From: an uncultured virus (IMG/VR IMGVR_UViG_3300008113_010842)
Taxonomy: Duplodnaviria; Heunggongvirae; Uroviricota; Caudoviricetes
Virus record (IMG/VR): IMGVR_UViG_3300008113_010842
DNA length: 64,000 nt
Direction: 5' to 3' (one strand)
Part shown: positions 58,840 to 64,000 of the stretch, one piece after another
Numbering within the stretch: position 1 is the first letter of the stretch
How the letters are laid out: each line of letters opens with the position of its first letter
Made by a program: the position numbers and the translations under genes
The notes under the pieces: model-generated
What the model was told of the DNA's origin: nothing
What the model saw: the letters and a program-made list of their open reading frames with translations, nothing else
Database searches by the model: none

Positions 58840-59811
58840 TTAATCTTCTTTGAATCTACCCCAAATGATTAAATCATCAGTATCAGTTAATTCCATGTCT
58901 AAATGAAATCCACTCAAATTTTTAGAGAATTGGGCAGCTATTTTTTCTTCATCTACAACATGCACTTCTTTATTTTTGTAATAAGCATTTAACGGAGAGT
59001 TTTTTATATCCTCTATTAATTTTGTTAGATTGATTATAATTCTATCTTCTTCAACTATTGAATAATTATCTAAAGATAAATCTCTTAAATTTTTTGTAGG
59101 ATCAACTCTTAGGATAATTGTTGTGAAATCTTCTTTTAAATATTTCTGAAGATCGTCCATTGCTCTTTCCTTTAACCATACTTCATCTACTCCACATTGG
59201 TCCATCCAAAGTTTTCCATATTCAGTTTGGTGATATCCATATCTATATCTGATAAATGCTTCTGAGAAATCCTCACCATCTTCTAAATCGACATTCCCCC
59301 AACCGTCTCCACCTAACCAAACTGGCCCATGTCCTGAAACTCTCAATTCTTCAAAAAGAAAATAAAGATAAACATCAACTGCTGCATTTTGTGAATCTAA
59401 ACTTGAATAACCTGAAAATGGACTTATAATAGTATCATAATATGCTAAATTTCTATCAAAGGATATTATTGTTTTAAGTGGTTCTCTATTTATTATAGAG
59501 CTACCTCCTTTATAAAGGTCATAAAGGTTATATCCACATTTTTTATTATTCTCTTCCGAGAAAAGATTTTTTAGTTTTTCTAAATTAAATCCTATTTGGT
59601 CAAAATGTTTCTGAATTCTTTGAAAGTCATTCTTTGGATTTCTACCCTCTCTTTTACACATATCAGAATAACTATATGTAAAGTCAAATCGTGAATAATC
59701 TAATTCCATAAGTTCTTCCCAGAATTCTCCTCTTTCTATAAGTAGATTGATTAGGTCGTCAGTTACTTCAACTGATTCATTTATAAACTGACCATATCTT
59801 CTTAGTTTCAT
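58840..59811 (-). CDS. Hypothetical protein with MKLRRYGQFINES leader
   Basis: 323 aa; TAATATATA 4 nt upstream. Confidence 0.7.
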   Translation of the reverse strand: MKLRRYGQFINESVEVTDDLINLLIERGEFWEELMELDYSRFDFTYSYSDMCKREGRNPKNDFQRIQKHFDQIGFNLEKLKNLFSEENNKKCGYNLYDLYKGGSSIINREPLKTIISFDRNLAYYDTIISPFSGYSSLDSQNAAVDVYLYFLFEELRVSGHGPVWLGGDGWGNVDLEDGEDFSEAFIRYRYGYHQTEYGKLWMDQCGVDEVWLKERAMDDLQKYLKEDFTTIILRVDPTKNLRDLSLDNYSIVEEDRIIINLTKLIEDIKNSPLNAYYKNKEVHVVDEEKIAAQFSKNLSGFHLDMELTDTDDLIIWGRFKED

Positions 59812-59827
59812 AGACTATATATTAAAT

Positions 59828-59853
59828 AAAAAACCCACCGTTTTTGGTGGGTT
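59828..59853 (-). terminator. Rho-independent terminator for minus-strand genes
   Basis: AACCCACC...GGTGGGTT stem with an A-run on its left (U-tract on the minus strand). Confidence 0.75.
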
Positions 59854-59868
59854 GTGATTTGTTATCAG

Positions 59869-60567
59869 TTATTTTATGCTTCCACCAGATAAGGCAAAAA
59901 CCAGCGACTTTGATAGTAGAAGTATTAGAACAGACGCAAGAGTTATGACAAAACTCCAACCTATGACACTTAATAATGTCATGTTGATGCCATTAAGAAA
60001 TAGTATTAATTTAGCTCCTACTCCACAACTGATGAGATTAGCCATGCCTGTGAAGTTTAATATACTAAGTAAAAATGATAGAAACTTCTGAGTTATTCCT
60101 TCTGGTTTATTATGTGGTTGGTCATCTTTCATTCTTTCTTTGAATTTGTTCCACTTTTCTTGTACTTTCTTTTTGATATCTTCCCAATTAAGAGATTTTA
60201 AAAATTTGACTAATTCAGAATCTCTTTTAATTGGTTCTACTCCCCAAGTTGTCGATCCTGTTGCATATTGTGTCTCTGTTACTATTTTTTGTAAATTTTC
60301 ATTACTATCAAACATTTTTTTGATAGAAATAGCAATTTTTTCTCCACCAAATTCTTCAATTATACCTTTGACAAACTCCTCGATTGCTTCTTTCAAAGAA
60401 TTAAGACCGCCTTTTATAGCATCAGATATATCAGAAAGTTTATCAGAAATTGAATTCCAGATATCACTCCACATATCCGAAGATCCTTTTGTAATGTCTG
60501 CTGGGAATGTCATAAAATCTAAAACTTCATTTGTTTTGAATGATTCAAATGTCTTTAAATATTTCAT
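59869..60567 (-). CDS. Membrane protein with MKYLKTFESFKTNE leader
   Basis: 232 aa; C-terminal hydrophobic helices. Confidence 0.7.
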   Translation of the reverse strand: MKYLKTFESFKTNEVLDFMTFPADITKGSSDMWSDIWNSISDKLSDISDAIKGGLNSLKEAIEEFVKGIIEEFGGEKIAISIKKMFDSNENLQKIVTETQYATGSTTWGVEPIKRDSELVKFLKSLNWEDIKKKVQEKWNKFKERMKDDQPHNKPEGITQKFLSFLLSILNFTGMANLISCGVGAKLILFLNGINMTLLSVIGWSFVITLASVLILLLSKSLVFALSGGSIK

Positions 60568-60582
60568 AATTTTTATTTTTTT

Positions 60583-60840
60583 TTACATTTCTTCTTCAGG
60601 TAGTTCACCTTCCATAGCAAGATAAACTTCTTTGAAATCTTCAATGGTCCAATTAGGATAAAACTCTTCAAGTTCTTTTAAGGCCATTTCACTACCTGTG
60701 ATTACATTGTAATATTGGTCTTTTGCCATATTCCACAAACCAGGCATTTGTTGATATTTTGCAATAACTTCTTCTGTGGTTTTTTCACCACTATTCTCAT
60801 ATATTTTAGAGAACGATTCAAATAGCTTTATGTGTTTCAT
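60583..60840 (-). CDS. Small protein with MKHIKLFESF leader
   Basis: 85 aa; TAATATATA at 60861-60869. Confidence 0.7.
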   Translation of the reverse strand: MKHIKLFESFSKIYENSGEKTTEEVIAKYQQMPGLWNMAKDQYYNVITGSEMALKELEEFYPNWTIEDFKEVYLAMEGELPEEEM

Positions 60841-60878
60841 ACTTACACTTTAATTTCTATTATATATTAAAATTAAAA

Positions 60879-61865
60879 TTAAAATTTTCTATTCTTGAGA
60901 TGTTCTATAAAATTAAATGAATTGTCTTTATTTAGATTAATCATATCATCTGTAACTTCAATTTCTTTAAGCGTGGATAAGTCTAACTTCTTTAAGAAGT
61001 AAAGTTCTGATGCGTCTTTATAGTCTTCACTGATATAAATTTTAGAAGGTATATCATATTGTGAAAAGAAATCTTTAAGAATTGCTGATGTTCTAAGTCC
61101 TACTTCATCATTATCTGAAAAGAATTTAATCATCTTTGGTTTCTTTTCTAATAATTGATAAAGTTGAATTCCTGACCACATAGCAGATGAACAAGAAACC
61201 GACTTTTCACCCAATTCATAGATAGCCATTGTATCAAAAATACCTTCTGTTATCCAAAACTCATCACCTTCTTCAATTTGGTCCAATCCCCAGACAGGAA
61301 CATCCGGACAAGCTAAAGTATATTTAAGAGTTTTAGTTCCATCATTTTCTAATGAAATTTTTCTAACTGCACAATTGATAAGGTTTTCATCTGCATCAAA
61401 AAGTGGTATAACAATTCCACCGCTTTCGATTGCATCATCTAAGAAACCTGTCATTGTTGGGTGAACAGTGGCTCCGATAATTTCTAATTGTCTTCTGTCT
61501 TTAATTTGAGATAGACCAAATAGTTTCCATTTCCACATAACTTCTTGGTCAACTCCTCTATCAAAAAGAAAGTGTATTTCATCATAAGAGAATTTACCAA
61601 CATTTAAGTAGAACTCTTCTGATAATTCCTTTAATTCTTCAGGATTAACTAAAACATCATTTGATTTTTGATTAATTTCTTTTATATTGACTTCAACCAT
61701 TCTATCGTCTGATTGAAATTTAGATTTTGACTTTTTAAGTATTTTTTCTAATTTTGTAAGCTTAAAAGGATTTATTGTCTTAGGTATGAAGTTTTTTACA
61801 ACTCCATTGACAGAGCGATTATTATAAAGTATGAATCCTAATTCTTCTAAATTCCAGTTCATCAA
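60879..61865 (-). CDS. TOPRIM-domain primase-like protein
   Basis: IVIPLFD, FWITEGIFDTMAI, FFSDNDEVG, YKDASE; no N-terminal zinc finger seen. Confidence 0.75.
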   Translation of the reverse strand: MMNWNLEELGFILYNNRSVNGVVKNFIPKTINPFKLTKLEKILKKSKSKFQSDDRMVEVNIKEINQKSNDVLVNPEELKELSEEFYLNVGKFSYDEIHFLFDRGVDQEVMWKWKLFGLSQIKDRRQLEIIGATVHPTMTGFLDDAIESGGIVIPLFDADENLINCAVRKISLENDGTKTLKYTLACPDVPVWGLDQIEEGDEFWITEGIFDTMAIYELGEKSVSCSSAMWSGIQLYQLLEKKPKMIKFFSDNDEVGLRTSAILKDFFSQYDIPSKIYISEDYKDASELYFLKKLDLSTLKEIEVTDDMINLNKDNSFNFIEHLKNRKF

Positions 61866-61883
61866 AATTTAATATGTTATTAT

Positions 61884-61914
61884 TTTGATTTGTTTTAAAA
61901 AAATTATATATTTG
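61884..61914 (+). promoter_or_regulatory. Bacteroidota-type housekeeping promoter
   Basis: TTTG 61884-61887, 19-nt spacer, TATATTTG 61907-61914, upstream of coaE. Confidence 0.7.
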
Positions 61915-61931
61915 TAAAATAAAGTTTTAAT

Positions 61932-62552
61932 ATGATAAAAGTTGGCTTATCAGGTAATCGTTACTCTGGTAAAGATAGAGTGGTAAATCTTTTCAAACAA
62001 ATTGGTATTCCGGTATTCAATGCTGATGTTGTAATTAAATTTATCTTAAATTATGATTATGAAATCATGAATGAGATAAAAGATAAAATAGGTTCAGATG
62101 CTTTTATAGAAGGAAAATTAAATTCAAATTACGTTATAAACAATAAGTTTTTTGATAAAATCTTAAATATTATTGAACCAAAAATTTTTAATGCCTATGA
62201 AAAATTTGAAAAACAAAATACCCAATCAATTTATACTATTTTTTTAAGTAGTATTTTATTTGAAAGAGATTGGAATAAGAAAATGAATTATACTATTTCT
62301 GTCTTTGCTCCAAAAAATGAAAGAATAAAAAGAGCAAAATATCTTACTGATATAGATATATCAAGTTTACATAAACTAAGTAATTCTGAATTAGATGAAT
62401 TAGTTAAAAATAAAATGGCTGATTTTGTAATTCATAATTATGACTCAAGTATTGACAGTTTAGATGATGTGTGTTTGATAGATAAAAAAATAATTGATAA
62501 TTATTTAAATATTCTCAGAAATGAAAAAAATAAGATTCAAGTTACTTTCTAG
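61932..62552 (+). CDS. coaE: Dephospho-CoA kinase-like protein
   Basis: KVGLSGNRYSGKD, IPVFNAD, ILFE, RIKR, ADFVIHN. Confidence 0.8.
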   Translation: MIKVGLSGNRYSGKDRVVNLFKQIGIPVFNADVVIKFILNYDYEIMNEIKDKIGSDAFIEGKLNSNYVINNKFFDKILNIIEPKIFNAYEKFEKQNTQSIYTIFLSSILFERDWNKKMNYTISVFAPKNERIKRAKYLTDIDISSLHKLSNSELDELVKNKMADFVIHNYDSSIDSLDDVCLIDKKIIDNYLNILRNEKNKIQVTF

Positions 62553-62958
62553 ATGTGATAACAAACTTCAAGTTGTCAAATTAATTAAAGATTGTACCGG
62601 ATTAGGTCTTAAAGATTCTAAAGATATTGCTGACTTAATGTTCAATAATGTTGGATTAGTAAGAGAAATTGAATTAACAGAACCTTATATAAGAGATGGT
62701 AAAGTCTTTAATCCTTATCAAGAATTTACAAATAAAATAAAAGATTTTGGTGACTTTTATGTCACTGGTGGTCTTTCTTGGGAAAGAGATTATAAAATGT
62801 TAAGCATAGGTGTTGGTGAAACAGAAGATTATGCTAATTTTATATCTGAATATATGAAACTTAACAACACTGATGAAAATAAAATAATATTAAATAGTCT
62901 TTTTAATAAACTTAAAAAAGAAGATTTAGTTGAATTAGTAAATCAAATAAAAATATAA
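62521..62958 (+). CDS. Protein with a ribosomal bL12 (L7/L12) C-terminal-domain-like N-terminus
   Basis: KLQVVKLIKDCTGLGLKDSKDIAD matches bL12 KI.VIK.VR..TGLGLKEAK.LV. Confidence 0.75.
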   Translation: MKKIRFKLLSRCDNKLQVVKLIKDCTGLGLKDSKDIADLMFNNVGLVREIELTEPYIRDGKVFNPYQEFTNKIKDFGDFYVTGGLSWERDYKMLSIGVGETEDYANFISEYMKLNNTDENKIILNSLFNKLKKEDLVELVNQIKI

Positions 62959-62961
62959 CAT

Positions 62962-63357
62962 ATGGCAAATGCATGGATTCATTCAAAATCTTCGGCTAGA
63001 AAATTCGGAGGAGAACCGGAAGATTATTTAAACATTCACATAAAAATGGATTGTTCAAAGGCCTATGTTGCCGATAACAGACATAGAGCACTCACTCATA
63101 CGAATTTCTGGATACACGAAGTAATGATTCCAATTTTTGGATATACAATTAAAAATTCAATTGATAAGGTTGTTTCTGTCAAAGATATATGTGAGCAACA
63201 TATTTTAGAGGATTTCGGAATGAAGTTTATTCCGACAGCTCAAGACTACTTAGAAAATATGGAATTTAAAGATTGGATGCAAAACGGAATTAAAGGACAT
63301 CCGAGTTCATTCGAGAAAATATCACAAAAAGGCAATATAAAAGTAAATTTAGACTAA
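62962..63357 (+). CDS. DUF6915-like protein
   Basis: MANAWIHSKSSARKFGGEPEDYLNIH...RHRALTH...ICEQHILED.G.FIPTAQDYL. Confidence 0.7.
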   Translation: MANAWIHSKSSARKFGGEPEDYLNIHIKMDCSKAYVADNRHRALTHTNFWIHEVMIPIFGYTIKNSIDKVVSVKDICEQHILEDFGMKFIPTAQDYLENMEFKDWMQNGIKGHPSSFEKISQKGNIKVNLD

Positions 63358-63358
63358 T

Positions 63359-64000
63359 ATGATAGTAATTTCAAAAATAGCAAATAAGAAACTTCTAAAA
63401 GGTCACCGATATGAAGTCCAGAATCTATGGAATAATGGATCTAACCAAAGATGGGTCGAGGGTAAAGTTCAATTACTTGGATTTGGTAGATACTCTGTTG
63501 ATAGTTTTACAGATACTAATGGAAGTCCTCTTCCTAAAACAAATTATACTTCCACTCAAATACAAGTTGAAAGATTTATTAAATTTGAAGATTGTAAAGA
63601 AGGTGAAATTTTAGTTTGTAATTCAGATCATTACAAAACTTTGGCTAAAGGATCGATGTATAAAATCGAAAAATTAGAAAAAATAGAATCTGAGGTTACT
63701 GGATTTGGTGGTAGAAAATGGAATCGAGTTGATACTAGTATAAAGTTTGAGGGTATAAAAAGAAAACTTAAATTCAATGGTTGGGCTTTTAGAAAGCTAA
63801 CCTCTGAAGAAAGTAGAGAAATATCTCTCGGATCTATTTTAAATGGAGAAGAACCAGCTATTGTGAAAACAGCCGATATTAGAAAAATTGACCTATCTGC
63901 TAATAAAAATAAAACTCTTATGGAGTCAATTGCCAAAACTATTCTTGATACAAACCGACACCATCTTTCAATTATTGACTGGACTTGTCAAAAAACAGGA
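63359..64000 (+). CDS. Hypothetical protein, truncated by the window end (absent from ORF track)
   Basis: MIVISKIANKKLLKGHRYEV... open to position 64000. Confidence 0.65.
   Translation, partial: MIVISKIANKKLLKGHRYEVQNLWNNGSNQRWVEGKVQLLGFGRYSVDSFTDTNGSPLPKTNYTSTQIQVERFIKFEDCKEGEILVCNSDHYKTLAKGSMYKIEKLEKIESEVTGFGGRKWNRVDTSIKFEGIKRKLKFNGWAFRKLTSEESREISLGSILNGEEPAIVKTADIRKIDLSANKNKTLMESIAKTILDTNRHHLSIIDWTCQKTG

Noticed and set aside
59876..60625. Plus-strand ORFs 59876..60091 and 60140..60625
   Set aside because: Antisense to leader-bearing genes that have promoter and terminator support.
63411..63936. ORF-track calls 63411..63614 (+) and 63631..63936 (-)
   Set aside because: Both overlap a longer + frame starting at ATG 63359 that runs off the window.
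1..64000. Alternative genetic code (stop-codon reassignment as in some megaphages)
   Set aside because: Genes are intact and densely packed in code 11; TAG and TGA end genes at sensible junctions (e.g. 6751, 35839, 39117, 40965).
1..64000. tRNA/rRNA genes, integrase, transposase, reverse transcriptase/DGR
   Set aside because: None recognised by eye and intergenic gaps are mostly too short; a tRNAscan/Infernal run would be needed to exclude them fully.

Overview
Very AT-rich, densely coding 64-kb segment read in the standard code. It looks like part of a T4-superfamily-like jumbo/megaphage that probably infects a Bacteroidota host, based on TTTG-N19-20-TAnnTTTG promoters, no Shine-Dalgarno motifs and a Bacteroidota-type bS21. 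The centre (about 9-38 kb and 44.5-52 kb) is a virion structural/fibre region. It holds three giant G-x-W/F repeat proteins, a duplicated adaptor module, a GTS-repeat fibre, a LamG protein, a 2037-aa segmented coiled-coil fibre and two glycosyltransferases. The flanks encode Nudix, PhoH, M28 and M16 peptidases, SbcC/gp46, bS21, DnaJ, sirtuin, HD protein, Dam methylase, a TOPRIM primase-like protein, CoaE and a bL12-CTD fusion. Most notable: (1) tiny genes made of signature fragments of the major capsid protein (Gol-equivalent region), the tail-sheath N-terminal arm and the terminase Walker A, each carrying a shared R-x-x-K-I-x-x-I/L peptide; this is a candidate decoy/anti-defence or assembly-interference system. 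(2) About 12 unrelated proteins share a T4 capsid-targeting-like N-terminal leader and sit behind a TAATATATA putative late promoter. (3) Three distinct promoter-like motif classes are visible. All functional calls come from motif recognition by eye; no searches were run.
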